DNA of 31,069 bases from Candidatus Thorarchaeota archaeon (GCA_038893995.1 JAWAQK010000028.1:1-31069); one strand, 5' to 3'; positions 1 to 9,278 are shown, counted from the first letter of the stretch. Numbers and translations are program-made. The notes: a model not told the origin generated them from the letters alone.

Positions 1-55
1 ATCCAGGCGGTCCTTTGTAGAGCGTCTGTGCAGGATATACTTGGAGATCTGTCAT
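1..55 (-). CDS. Possible 5' end of a CDS running off the window (MTDLQVYPAQTLYKGPPG...)
   Basis: ATG at 55 with an open frame to the window edge; only 18 codons visible and no recognisable motif. Confidence 0.25.
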   Translation of the reverse strand, partial: MTDLQVYPAQTLYKGPPG

Positions 56-385
56 GTCAGGAAGGCAAGACGCAGGAGCCTACCCCTGGGAGCGGTTCTC
101 CATTCCGATGCTGGAAGGCACGGAAACTCAGGTGAAGAGGCAACCTCCCCTGAGTCCCACCATACCCGACGATCCCTTCGGTAGGTGAGTACATCCAAAC
201 CACACCACCCCGTCCAAGAACCCTCGTCGCTGAAGGATTCACGGACGGACAAGCACAATGAGGGGCCATCCGTCATCCATGCGGTTGGCCCCCAACCTTT
301 CTGAAACGAAACTGCCTCATTTTGGTACGCGTGGACGCGAAATGCTTTTCATCGAGAGCTAGGATGTGAATCCAGTGATGACAGG

Positions 386-784
386 ATGGTCAACCTATCG
401 CCCCGAGCACTGTTCTTGGTGACATCTCTCGACCAGGTAGCCATTGCAATCATCGCGATAGTCGTCGTCTACTTTGTTGCGCCAGACTACTTGACAATCG
501 CACTGATCCTGACACTCCTGCTACTAGCGCTCTACTTTGTGGGAAAATACTACATAGTCTATCCAGTACTGAAGATGGGAAAGGGGACTGCATATGAGGT
601 TGCTGGGAAGGTCGGCTTAGCAGTAACTAGGATAACTCCATCAGAGGGGAAAATGCGAATTGGGGGTGAGCTGTGGTCTGCAAGGACGCAAAGTGGTGAG
701 ATCAAAGAGGGAAGTCAGGTCCGTGTCATTGACCGCGACGGCATCAAGCTCATCGTAGAACAGCTCAGCGCCGAGCAACAATAG
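386..784 (+). CDS. Short NfeD-family membrane protein (C-terminal OB-fold)
   Basis: Two N-terminal hydrophobic helices followed by GKVGLAVTRITPSEGKMRIGGELWSA...GSQVRVIDRDGIKLIVE, typical of the NfeD C-terminal domain. Confidence 0.85.
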   Translation: MVNLSPRALFLVTSLDQVAIAIIAIVVVYFVAPDYLTIALILTLLLLALYFVGKYYIVYPVLKMGKGTAYEVAGKVGLAVTRITPSEGKMRIGGELWSARTQSGEIKEGSQVRVIDRDGIKLIVEQLSAEQQ

Positions 785-861
785 AAACCACGAGTGTGCG
801 TCTTGTCGCAGATGACTCTAGTAATGTCCAGCGATTACTCTCCCATATATTCTGCCGAGTC

Positions 862-1329
862 ATGGTCTTTCCTGTGGCGGACGGCGACATTCTCTTGGGG
901 CTCCTACTTGGCCTGCTGGTTGCTGTGGTTGTATATTTGACCATGAGGTATCGCTTGAGGATCCGAATAGCGCTTGTCGAGGAGCAATTCAGGAGACTAT
1001 GGGCGGAGCAGGAATCGGACATAAGGAGAGATGCCACTCAGCGCAGCCGCTATGTGTTGAGGGGCAGAATTGCCGAACACATGGTTCCGATAATGAGGGA
1101 TCTGTTCAAATACGACCCATCTGACGCACGGTTCCTGGGGTCGCCGGTGGACTATGTGGTCTTTGACGGTCTGACAGCTGCGCGAGATGCCGGGTCCAAG
1201 AAACCAGTCGAGATCGTTCTTGTAGAGATCAAGACAGGAAATGCAGATCTCAGCTCCATGGAACGTGTTGTCAAAGACGCCGCAGACGCCGGGAGGATAA
1301 GGTGGGAAACTATCCGGGTAGACCTCTAG
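862..1329 (+). CDS. Membrane-anchored Holliday-junction-resolvase-like PD-(D/E)xK endonuclease
   Basis: N-terminal TM helix; family motifs RSRYVLRGRIAEH, DARFLGSPVDYVVFDG and EIKTG. Start placed at ATG 862 (ORF is open from GTG 796). Confidence 0.8.
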   Translation: MVFPVADGDILLGLLLGLLVAVVVYLTMRYRLRIRIALVEEQFRRLWAEQESDIRRDATQRSRYVLRGRIAEHMVPIMRDLFKYDPSDARFLGSPVDYVVFDGLTAARDAGSKKPVEIVLVEIKTGNADLSSMERVVKDAADAGRIRWETIRVDL

Positions 1330-1341
1330 GGCACTATCGGG

Positions 1342-1698
1342 TCACTGATCATGAAAGCACTCCATCATGAGTGCGCTGAGGAGCATGTCTCTGATAGTGG
1401 ACACATCAGGAATCCCATGCACAACATGGTTGCAGATCCGAATCGCGGGAACCCCGAGTATTCCGGAATCACAGCCACATTCACAGCCACCCTCTATCTT
1501 CACTTGGTGGAGTATATCGGACTTTAGTCCGAGTTCCTCAATTGCTTCGCGTAGCATCTCGAGTGCCGGTGCACAGAAGATGCACCGGTCACCAGTGTAG
1601 AGGGTCACGCAGCTACACCGCCCACACTGTGTGAGTTCCGCCGTAGCATGACATACTTCACTATTGGCCATAGCATCCCTCATCTGCTCGGTTAGCAC
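1342..1698 (-). CDS. Cys-rich thioredoxin/glutaredoxin-fold protein
   Basis: VTLYTGDRCIFC (CxxC after a beta strand), cis-Pro motif GVPAI and a following HG-P motif. Confidence 0.65.
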   Translation of the reverse strand: MLTEQMRDAMANSEVCHATAELTQCGRCSCVTLYTGDRCIFCAPALEMLREAIEELGLKSDILHQVKIEGGCECGCDSGILGVPAIRICNHVVHGIPDVSTIRDMLLSALMMECFHDQ

Positions 1699-2044
1699 CC
1701 CCTAGATGGTGGCGCTGAATCTAGGCGGTGGGAATGACAATCATTGACAGTTTCCTAATAAGGTATATTCAGGTGTATTCAGTATTGTTGTCTGCCTTAT
1801 CTGAGATGCACTTGCATCTGGTACGAGAGGATCGTACAACAAGAGGTAGGTCGACTCCAACATTATTCCCCGAATCCCCCGGTACTCGAGAGACAACCTC
1901 TGACAGGATATGAGCAGCCCCATGGAGATCTGGGGACGACATGTCCCGGATTGCTCGTACAGGAGGACCCGAGCACAGCTATCGAGTATCTGAACAGGAT
2001 TAGGTTATGAGTAGGTCAGTCGTCTGAATAGAAACGAGTATCCG

Positions 2045-2938
2045 ATGGATAATGCAGAATCCAGTGTCGCACTACAGCTATACACTCGTGGTGAGCGGTA
2101 TCTCAGGTTTCACGAGCTTGCAGCTGCTGAGGAATCGTTGAGGGAGGCTCTGAGGCATGACAACAGACATGCACAGTCGTGGTACCTACTTGGCATGGTC
2201 TACAGCGAGATGGGGAGGATCGCCGAGGCGAGGAAATGTTTCGGCGAGGCGCTCACGCACGCTCCAGGGTGGCTCCGGCCGATGGAACAGCTGGGAAGGC
2301 TCGAGTATGCACAACACTGCTATGTGGAATGCGTCAACATACTGAAGGACTACTTTCGACAGGGAGGAGCCGATCCAGATGTAATGAAGATACTCGCTAG
2401 AGCTGCTCACAGCATAGGAAACTATGAAGTTGCGCTCTCTGTGACATCAATCATTCTTGAATCGAACGAGGACGACTACGAGATGTGGGAGCTGCGTGGA
2501 CTATGCCAAGCAGCCATGGGCAAGTTCAACGCTGCAAGTGTCAGTCTCAACATTGCAATCGACATCAATCCCGACTCCATCAGCGCCCTAAACCATGTGG
2601 GAGACATATGCTACGAGTCGGACAACTACTTGCGAGCAGTGGAATTCTACGAGATGAGCCTTGCCAAGAAACCGGAACAGAAAGAGATTCTCTTCCGCTG
2701 TGCGACAGCGCTGTGGTTTGTTGGCAGATGGAACGAGGCAATACCGATCCTGGAGAGATACGTTCAACTGGTCCAAGACGATCCGAAGGGCTGGAACAAT
2801 CTGGGGATTGCCCTTCGGGAGAAGGGGCACATTAAGCGTGCCATAGAGTCACTCAACAAGGCACTCAGCCTCGATCCCGACAATCCTGTCATCAGGAACA
2901 ATATCAGTACTGCCACCAACAAACAGGCACTCAAGTGA
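2045..2938 (+). CDS. Tetratricopeptide repeat protein
   Basis: Multiple TPR-like repeats (WYLLGMVY..MGRIAEARKCF; GWNNLGIALREKGHIKRAIESLNKALSLDP). Confidence 0.9.
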   Translation: MDNAESSVALQLYTRGERYLRFHELAAAEESLREALRHDNRHAQSWYLLGMVYSEMGRIAEARKCFGEALTHAPGWLRPMEQLGRLEYAQHCYVECVNILKDYFRQGGADPDVMKILARAAHSIGNYEVALSVTSIILESNEDDYEMWELRGLCQAAMGKFNAASVSLNIAIDINPDSISALNHVGDICYESDNYLRAVEFYEMSLAKKPEQKEILFRCATALWFVGRWNEAIPILERYVQLVQDDPKGWNNLGIALREKGHIKRAIESLNKALSLDPDNPVIRNNISTATNKQALK

Positions 2939-3025
2939 CATCTTCTGAAAGCCAGTGTCTATGACTGAGTCCCAGACGACCGACTGCAACTCGCGACGGA
3001 CCAGGTCCCGAAACCTTAAAGAATA

Positions 3026-3589
3026 GTGCCTGATGCCGCAACTATCAGAAACCAAATCTCGGTGCCAGCAATGAGCATGACAATATGGTGGAAACGAGGG
3101 AACAGACCTGGCCTAGTGCTGATATTCCTGGGATTGGCGGGACTGGCACAGATCCCAATCATATGGCACGCAGAGAGATATGTCCAAGTGCTGAGCGCCG
3201 AGTTGCAGATCCTAGTGTCTCTGGCTGCCATGCTAGTACTTGGAGGAGCCTACGTCCTTACGGCTGAGGCCATGTATAGGTGGGCAAGTCTAGCTTCAAA
3301 GAGGAAGGTCAGAAGACATCAGAGAGCCCAACTTAGATGGGTCTCAACACTATCGGAGTTCGTCAGGTCTAGAGAGGAACTGCCCGGATTCGCAGGCGTA
3401 GCTCTGATGACTGGGCTATTCCTGATGTTCTATTTCATCCCGTTTGGGATTGGCGCAGGAGGTACACTGCCTCAGCTGCTATCAATACTTGCTTTCATGG
3501 ACCCCGTCTACTTGTACCCTCTGGCGCACTGCGGATCTGCTACACTGACTGCGGTCGTGGCCAGCTACTTCAATGACAAGTTCAAGTAG
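3026..3589 (+). CDS. Hypothetical membrane protein (about 4 TM helices)
   Basis: 187-aa ORF with several hydrophobic segments and a basic loop; start may be a downstream ATG near 3071. Confidence 0.65.
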   Translation: MPDAATIRNQISVPAMSMTIWWKRGNRPGLVLIFLGLAGLAQIPIIWHAERYVQVLSAELQILVSLAAMLVLGGAYVLTAEAMYRWASLASKRKVRRHQRAQLRWVSTLSEFVRSREELPGFAGVALMTGLFLMFYFIPFGIGAGGTLPQLLSILAFMDPVYLYPLAHCGSATLTAVVASYFNDKFK

Positions 3590-3652
3590 AGTACCCCCTA
3601 TCCCACTCGAGAACTGAGACGGACTAGAGAGTGGTGACACAGGTCCATCACG

Positions 3653-3659
3653 TTTATAT
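3653..3659 (+). promoter_or_regulatory. TATA box of tRNA-Phe
   Basis: TTTATAT about 30 nt upstream of tRNA position 1. Confidence 0.6.
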
Positions 3660-3684
3660 CGCCTTGTACTAGAGAACGCAGCAG

Positions 3685-3791
3685 GCCTCGGTAGATTAGC
3701 TGGGAGATCGCGCGGCTGAAGACCGCGTTGTCGCTGGTTCGCAAGTGACGTTTCTATGTCACTCGGCCAAGAAGTCCGGCCCGAGGCACCA
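3685..3791 (+). tRNA. tRNA-Phe(GAA) with a 31-nt non-canonical T-loop intron at 56/57 (3741-3771); CCA encoded
   Basis: Acceptor GCCTCGG/CCGAGGC-A-CCA; anticodon arm CGCGG-CT-GAA-GA-CCGCG; T-stem GCTGG/CCGGC. Removing 3741-3771 restores the loop TTCAAGT. Splice motif: helix TGGT/GCCA with bulges TCG and AGA. Confidence 0.92.
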
Positions 3792-3942
3792 ATTCTGTTC
3801 TGATATGTAAGTGCGCCTATTGGAAAACTGAGTAATGGCTTGCATTGTTCGATGAGTTCATACATCCTCTTGGCAGTCTGACGTGCCTCAGGTGAACACG
3901 ACCCCCGCAGTAATAAGTGCGTTCGTCATCAGCTCGACAAGA

Positions 3943-4359
3943 ATGAAAGTCCTCTTCATATGTACTGGAAACTCTGCACGAAGTCAGATCGCAGAGGCAC
4001 TTCTTAGGCATCTGGGCCAAGATCAATTCGAGGCCTTCAGCGCAGGCACCGCACCTGGAACTGATGTCAATCCTTACGCACTTGAGGTACTCCGGGAGAA
4101 GGGGATAGACACGAGGGGTCTATATCCCAAAAGACTGGACCTATTCAGGGACAAGTGGTTCGATCTTGTGGTGACGGTCTGTGACCACGCCAGACAGACT
4201 TGTCCGTTCTTTCCGAATGCGAGGAAGATCGCTCACTGGTCACTTCCCGACCCCGCGGCATTCGAGGGGTCCCAATTCGAGATACTCGAGAAATTCAGAG
4301 AAACGAGAGACAACATAGAAAGGCGGATCATTCAGGAGATTCTGCCACTTCGCCACTGA
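3943..4359 (+). CDS. arsC: Arsenate reductase (thioredoxin-coupled, LMW-PTP fold)
   Basis: MKVLFICTGNSARSQIAEA P-loop, VTVCD...CP and HWSLPDP motifs; start at ATG 3943. Confidence 0.88.
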   Translation: MKVLFICTGNSARSQIAEALLRHLGQDQFEAFSAGTAPGTDVNPYALEVLREKGIDTRGLYPKRLDLFRDKWFDLVVTVCDHARQTCPFFPNARKIAHWSLPDPAAFEGSQFEILEKFRETRDNIERRIIQEILPLRH

Positions 4360-6301
4360 TGTCTGACGACTCCGTGTCTACCCACTTGAACTTACGCTGA
4401 AGTGTCTTGGAATACACCTTGTGCCAGTCAAGATCAACCTTCTGACACCAGTTCCAGACTAGTTTCGGATGTATGTAGGACTTTAAGGAGGTGGTCAGGT
4501 TCCATGTTCGGGTGGCCTTAGCAAGTTCGTAGTCAGTCTGGATCTTAGACTTCATCTCCTCCGCCCTGCGGAGGGCTTCTTCTGCTCTGCCTAGTGCGCT
4601 CTCTGCTCGACTCAGCTGCCTAGAGAATGTCCGCTCGAGTGAGGCAAGACGTGACCTTTTCTTGTGGAGTGTTGATTGCTCACGCTCAAGACGTTTCTGC
4701 ACATACTCGAGCGCTGAAGCATCACCAACCTGAGACGACGACTGGACCCTCGATTGGCGGGGAGGGGTTTGTCTCTCATTTGGAGGATACTTGTCATTGC
4801 CAGTAAGGTTCTGAATAGTTTGTTCGTACTGCGCGATCAGCTCTTCCTGCCTTGCGATGGTCTCTCTCAGATCTCCAATCCTACGCTCATGCTTCTTCCT
4901 CAGGCTGCGGACCTTGTCACGCTGCTTGTCTACATTCTTTCTTGCGGCCTCAATTTTGCTCTCAGCCACTCTCAATCGACTCTCGAATCTACGTTCTGAT
5001 TTCTCCCAGTTCTTGGGAGCCTGCTTTGTATGGTTCATCACTCGCGCAACCTCGAGGTTCGCACGTTTGACTGCCTCCATCTTGACGAACTCGGGATCGC
5101 TCCTCTTGACTCGGCTCTTCGCAAGCTCGTTCTTCATGGTCATTGAGGCATGGTATGTCCTGAAGACCTTGGCAGTCAGTTCCGGATGGACCTCTGCCAG
5201 GAAGCGATTCACATGACTGCTTCCAATATCGGGAAAGATCTGGGCTATCTTCTTTGGGTCTCCCCTTGTCTTGCCCTGCCTCCGGGCGGCAAACAGTTTC
5301 ATCCGTTCGCTTGCTGCCTCGTACAGCTCCTTGAAGACGGAATAGACATCAGGAGGCATCTCAAGTTCCTTGTGCCACGGGACACTGTCCTTGCCCAAGA
5401 AGTCGAATACGACAGAGGAGTCCTTCAAGGTCAGATGCTCAACTCTCAGAGTAGTGGCACCTACCGTGTCAGCCTCGTCGGGGTCCTTCTCGTCACCCAC
5501 TCTGAGACTCAGTCTGTCAATCAAGTAGCATGCTGCCGCAACCATTCGCCGTCTTGGGTCCTTGGATCTCAGACCATCCAGGATATGCCTGCGAATCTCA
5601 TCGATTCGCCGTCCTATCTTGAGCGCCTTGTCGAACTTCGCCTCCTCACGCTCCTGCTTAATGGGAGTACTATCATGCAACCATATGTACTTCAAGTTCC
5701 CAGTCAGTCGATCAGTCCACCGGGCAATCCACATACATTCGGGACTCCATACTATCTCCTTCCAGTCACCTGACGGTCGTGGTGCGTCAGGACTGAGATT
5801 CAGTGTGATGTCAGAATGTTGAACCGGATACTTCCACTTACCACGCAGCGGATGCTGCCCTCGTCCCATGAATATTCCCGCAGGCTCCGTCTGATAGTTT
5901 GCCAGCTCCATGCGGACGCCATCGACCAAAGCATATCCGTAGATTTCTTTCAGTCTACTCCGTTCAGCCTTTCTTCGTTCGAGGTCTGCTCTCTTCTCTT
6001 GAGTACTCATCGCATCCTTTGCTGTTCGCTCAGACTGGACAAAGTTGATCACTTCTGAGAAGTCGATCTCCTCTGGCTTTAGGGACGGACGGACTCCTAG
6101 CTCTCTGCTGAAGTCCTCAAAGAAGTTGGACCTGAAGACGGGGTCCTCGACATAGGGCGTACCAAGTTTCTTGACCCATGCTACAGCCATTGCCTCCTGC
6201 ATCTGATTCAGCAGATGTGTTTCCCCTCGCACGTTGATTCTCAGACCATGAGGCGGGGGGAGACCCAACACTATTATGCCATTGTGATGCAGACTCTTCA
6301 T
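4328..6301 (-). CDS. DNA topoisomerase IB (eukaryote-like, with N-terminal cap and long linker)
   Basis: Catalytic residues in SLRVGDEKD, FDFLGKDSV, AKVFRTYHAS, MNH and TSLKSYIHP (Tyr); GRGQHPLRGKWK motif. Confidence 0.95.
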   Translation of the reverse strand: MKSLHHNGIIVLGLPPPHGLRINVRGETHLLNQMQEAMAVAWVKKLGTPYVEDPVFRSNFFEDFSRELGVRPSLKPEEIDFSEVINFVQSERTAKDAMSTQEKRADLERRKAERSRLKEIYGYALVDGVRMELANYQTEPAGIFMGRGQHPLRGKWKYPVQHSDITLNLSPDAPRPSGDWKEIVWSPECMWIARWTDRLTGNLKYIWLHDSTPIKQEREEAKFDKALKIGRRIDEIRRHILDGLRSKDPRRRMVAAACYLIDRLSLRVGDEKDPDEADTVGATTLRVEHLTLKDSSVVFDFLGKDSVPWHKELEMPPDVYSVFKELYEAASERMKLFAARRQGKTRGDPKKIAQIFPDIGSSHVNRFLAEVHPELTAKVFRTYHASMTMKNELAKSRVKRSDPEFVKMEAVKRANLEVARVMNHTKQAPKNWEKSERRFESRLRVAESKIEAARKNVDKQRDKVRSLRKKHERRIGDLRETIARQEELIAQYEQTIQNLTGNDKYPPNERQTPPRQSRVQSSSQVGDASALEYVQKRLEREQSTLHKKRSRLASLERTFSRQLSRAESALGRAEEALRRAEEMKSKIQTDYELAKATRTWNLTTSLKSYIHPKLVWNWCQKVDLDWHKVYSKTLQRKFKWVDTESSDISGEVAESPE

Positions 6302-6528
6302 TCAACCGACCTCTAGACGGTCCCTACTAGGCTCGCATGAGTCTCGTCACAGCGCGACCTGCACACTGAAAAAAAGGTTATGATAACACATCTTACGGAA
6401 AGACTGACACGGTGTAGACAATGTCTCGACCGAACAACTGGCATTTCGAGTACCTGCAAATCACTCGTGTGTGAGTTAGTTCGGCGGGACACTGGAATCG
6501 TAGCAAGAGGACCAACAGCTGGATACTA

Positions 6529-6603
6529 TGGTGCGCCTGCCGGGACTCGAACCCGGGCCACGAGCTTGGAAGGCTCGCATCATAACCCCTAGACAACAGG
6601 CGC
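6529..6603 (-). tRNA. tRNA-Gly(TCC); CCA encoded
   Basis: GCGCCTG...CGAGC-CT-TCC-AA-GCTCG...CCGGG-TTCGAGT-CCCGG-CAGGCGC-A-CCA. Confidence 0.96.
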
Positions 6604-6714
6604 GCTAGCTGTGTGGGGATGGCCTGACAGATTTAAGCATGTTGATGGCAGTTGGGACTCGAGATGTCGTGGCAATATACTGGTACGGTCATATGCGTCT
6701 GAGCGGAGCATGTC

Positions 6715-7437
6715 CTAAGACCCATTCAGTTCACCAAAGCGATGCCTTGTGATGTCGATCCGCAGAGAATAGGTCCAGAGTACTTGTGCACAAACATGCC
6801 ACGCCATCATCACCTCCGGGTCAAATCTCCTATGAATCTTGAAGAGGGAACTCACTTCGTTGCTGAAGTCTCCGTGAGGAAATGCGCCGACTCCCACTAG
6901 GACAGGCTTCGAGCTATCAGGTGGAAGCAGCTCGGCAAGTTCAGCCGAGGATGTCGGAGTACCGCTTTCCGAGGCGAGCATTACAATGGCCTCAGAGTCA
7001 TGAAGATACGGCTCAATCAGATCATGGAGACTGATTCCGGTGACTCTTAGCAGAGGGTCACCTGTAGGTGGTACACGACCTCTCTCAAGTAGCTGTTCAA
7101 TGAGTCCACAGAAACGTTCATAGTTGCGGGGAAGTCTGACATCTGGTTCCAATTCCACAATGGTTCCATCCATAAGATGGAGATGAACACGAAGCAATCT
7201 GCTCTTGCAAAGAGGGGACTCAAGGAGAGTCATCAGGCACATGTGAACGATGTCTGGACGACCGCGGCGCTCATGATTTGGCAGACGCATAATCGCGCGC
7301 CCATGGTATGCCTGGTCCAGCAGAGTTGAACATGGATGTTTCCTTCGCCGAGCCGCGTGTTGCTGTACCTCCTTTAGGGCCGAGATCTGTTTCGGAACCA
7401 GTTCCAACGGACACTCTAGCAGAATGATATGGAGCAT
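6715..7437 (-). CDS. nep1: 16S rRNA pseudouridine N1-methyltransferase Nep1/Emg1 (SPOUT)
   Basis: LELVP, RGRPDIVH, LESPL, RLPRNYERFCGLIEQLL and VGAFPHGDF motifs. Confidence 0.93.
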   Translation of the reverse strand: MLHIILLECPLELVPKQISALKEVQQHAARRRKHPCSTLLDQAYHGRAIMRLPNHERRGRPDIVHMCLMTLLESPLCKSRLLRVHLHLMDGTIVELEPDVRLPRNYERFCGLIEQLLERGRVPPTGDPLLRVTGISLHDLIEPYLHDSEAIVMLASESGTPTSSAELAELLPPDSSKPVLVGVGAFPHGDFSNEVSSLFKIHRRFDPEVMMAWHVCAQVLWTYSLRIDITRHRFGELNGS

Positions 7438-7517
7438 GACAGACGTCGGTCAACGATGCCTAGAAACCATTTAAGGACGTTTTGGAGTATGTGGCAGTTG
7501 CAGGAGAGACCCGTTAC

Positions 7518-7829
7518 TTGACTAGGGAAAGTAGGGCGAGGAACGTAAGGAAGATGGCAAGGAGGAGGGTCCTGGAGCTCTGGAGACTGAGTGTCCAGGT
7601 TGCCACCGATGAGCCACAACTGGCACGGGAATGGGTTGGAGGAGCTAGAAGAATCGCGCAGAAGGCAAGGATGAAACTTCCTGATGAGATGAAGAGAAAC
7701 ATCTGTAGAAGATGTGACACTGTCTTGATACCTGGCAGAACATCACGTGTCCGACTGCATGCGAGAGGGAGACACATGACTGTGACCTGTCTCAATTGCG
7801 GCAGGATGAAACGATATCGCTTCAAATGA
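7518..7829 (+). CDS. rnp4: Ribonuclease P protein component 4 (Rpp21)
   Basis: ARRIAQKARMKLP..KRNICRRC..LIPG..SRVR..VTCLNCG zinc ribbon; TTG start 7518 chosen from the upstream GGAGAG and a TTTAA box near 7470. Confidence 0.92.
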   Translation: MTRESRARNVRKMARRRVLELWRLSVQVATDEPQLAREWVGGARRIAQKARMKLPDEMKRNICRRCDTVLIPGRTSRVRLHARGRHMTVTCLNCGRMKRYRFK

Positions 7830-7871
7830 TAACTTTAAGCGGGAACAGTGGAGAGGGGTGGGAGAATTGAA

Positions 7872-8156
7872 ATGCCAGCCAGAAGGATATATCCGGACCC
7901 AATTAGGATAGGCGTAGTGTGGCACGAACCCCCGCTTCTCATAATTGGAAAACTCGGTCTCAGCGAGGGAACTATCGCGGAGGCCAAGAGACTTCTGAAC
8001 AAGCACAAGTACATGAAGATCCGGCTTCTGAGGTCCTCACTGGAAGATCGGTCCAAGGAAGAAACCGTTCATGAGCTCTGTTCCAAGATACACGCAGGAT
8101 TGGCAGGGATCAGGGGAAACACTGCAGTGATATACAAGATCCGTGCAAGAGAGTAA
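7872..8156 (+). CDS. YhbY/CRM-domain RNA-binding protein
   Basis: IGKLGL...L.KH..MKIRLL...IRGNTAVIYK; conserved position between rpp21 and rps19e. Confidence 0.85.
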   Translation: MPARRIYPDPIRIGVVWHEPPLLIIGKLGLSEGTIAEAKRLLNKHKYMKIRLLRSSLEDRSKEETVHELCSKIHAGLAGIRGNTAVIYKIRARE

Positions 8157-8281
8157 CAGTAGGCTCAGTTGTAACGATAATCTTTTATGGAGAGTCATGG
8201 TTGCGGGTCCAGCGTTCTGGGATCGGCATCTTGCCCAGTAGAGAAGCCGTGACCGAGTTTCAAGAGATTTGGTGATCATCC

Positions 8282-8734
8282 ATGCCCACTGTGTACGACA
8301 TTCCGGCGCATATCCTCATTCGAAGACTGGCTCAGGAGCTCAGGAGTCGGAAAGAGATCAAGCCCCCTGAGTGGGCCCCGTTTGTCAAGACGGGCAGTCA
8401 TCGTGAGCGAGCCCCAGACGATCCAGACTGGTGGTACATTAGATGTGCGAGTATCCTTCGCAAGATATATCTGAAAGGGCCGATCGGGACTCAGAAACTG
8501 CGGGTGATGTATGGGGGCAGGAAATCAAGAGGAACAAAGCCAAACAGATTCTGCAAGGGCAGTGGATCGATCATCAGAACCGCTCTTCAGCAACTGGAGA
8601 TGGCGGGATTCATCAAGAAGCGGGGCACTGTCGGAAGAGAGCTGACGAATGTGGGTAGGTCTTACATCGACAAGCTCTCCACTGGGCTGAAAGCCGAGCT
8701 GTCAAAGGCGATTCCCGAACTGGAGAGATACTGA
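8282..8734 (+). CDS. rps19e: 30S ribosomal protein S19e
   Basis: PEWAPFVKTG, DWWYIRCASILRKIY, GSGSIIRTALQQLE. Confidence 0.97.
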   Translation: MPTVYDIPAHILIRRLAQELRSRKEIKPPEWAPFVKTGSHRERAPDDPDWWYIRCASILRKIYLKGPIGTQKLRVMYGGRKSRGTKPNRFCKGSGSIIRTALQQLEMAGFIKKRGTVGRELTNVGRSYIDKLSTGLKAELSKAIPELERY

Positions 8735-8755
8735 AACGGCAAGTGGTGATGGCCT

Positions 8756-9085
8756 GTGGGAGAAGAAGAGCTTGAGGAGATCCGCAAGAGGAAGCTCGCC
8801 GCTCTCAGAGAGCAGGTACTCCAACAACAGGTCGAAGAACAGAGAATGGCCGAGATGGAGGCCCAGAAGGAGGCGATCCTTCGTCAGATAATGACCCCCG
8901 AAGCAAGGGCAAGACTGACTAACATCAAGATTGTCAAGCCTCAACTTGCTGAACAGATTGAGTCTCAGCTCATACAGCTTGCTGCCAGTGGAAGACTCAG
9001 GGGACAGGTCACTGACGAGCAGCTGAGGTCGCTTCTGATGCAGATTCAGGGAAGAGAACGTGAACGAAAGGTCACATTCAGGTAG
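8756..9085 (+). CDS. PDCD5-family dsDNA-binding protein
   Basis: [10 protein letters not shown]...[22 protein letters not shown]. Confidence 0.93.
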   Translation: MGEEELEEIRKRKLAALREQVLQQQVEEQRMAEMEAQKEAILRQIMTPEARARLTNIKIVKPQLAEQIESQLIQLAASGRLRGQVTDEQLRSLLMQIQGRERERKVTFR

Positions 9086-9109
9086 GCTCGGAATGAGAGG
9101 TGGACACTG

Positions 9110-9265
9110 TTGGCAAGAAACAAGCCCATTGCGAAGAAGCTGAGGATGGCTAAGGCATTGAAGTCAAACTCCTCTGTACCCACATGGGTAATCATGAGGA
9201 CGGCCAGAAGGGTGAGAAGGACACCATCACAGCGTAACTGGCGTGACACCAAACTGAAACCGTAA
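9110..9265 (+). CDS. rpl39e: 50S ribosomal protein L39e (not in the ORF track)
   Basis: Manual translation [51 protein letters not shown]; TTG start after GAGGTG. Confidence 0.95.
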   Translation: MARNKPIAKKLRMAKALKSNSSVPTWVIMRTARRVRRTPSQRNWRDTKLKP

Positions 9266-9278
9266 GGGGGGAAACTGA

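Noticed and set aside
122-158. Plus-strand hairpin with a GAA bulge resembling an archaeal SECIS
   Set aside because: The opposing A is missing, neighbouring wobble pairs favour the minus strand, and no selenoprotein gene is visible
1790-1850. Three-way junction resembling a hammerhead ribozyme (CTGAGATGCA.., GTACGA/TCGTAC)
   Set aside because: The core is CTGAGAT rather than CUGANGA, and the GAAA element is missing
3792-4359. arsC next to tRNA-Phe as an integrated element
   Set aside because: No integrase, no duplicated tRNA 3' end (att site) and no obvious compositional shift
5150-5773. Long antisense ORFs (207 aa here; also 9348-9998 and 14353-15018)
   Set aside because: Shadow frames opposite well-supported genes
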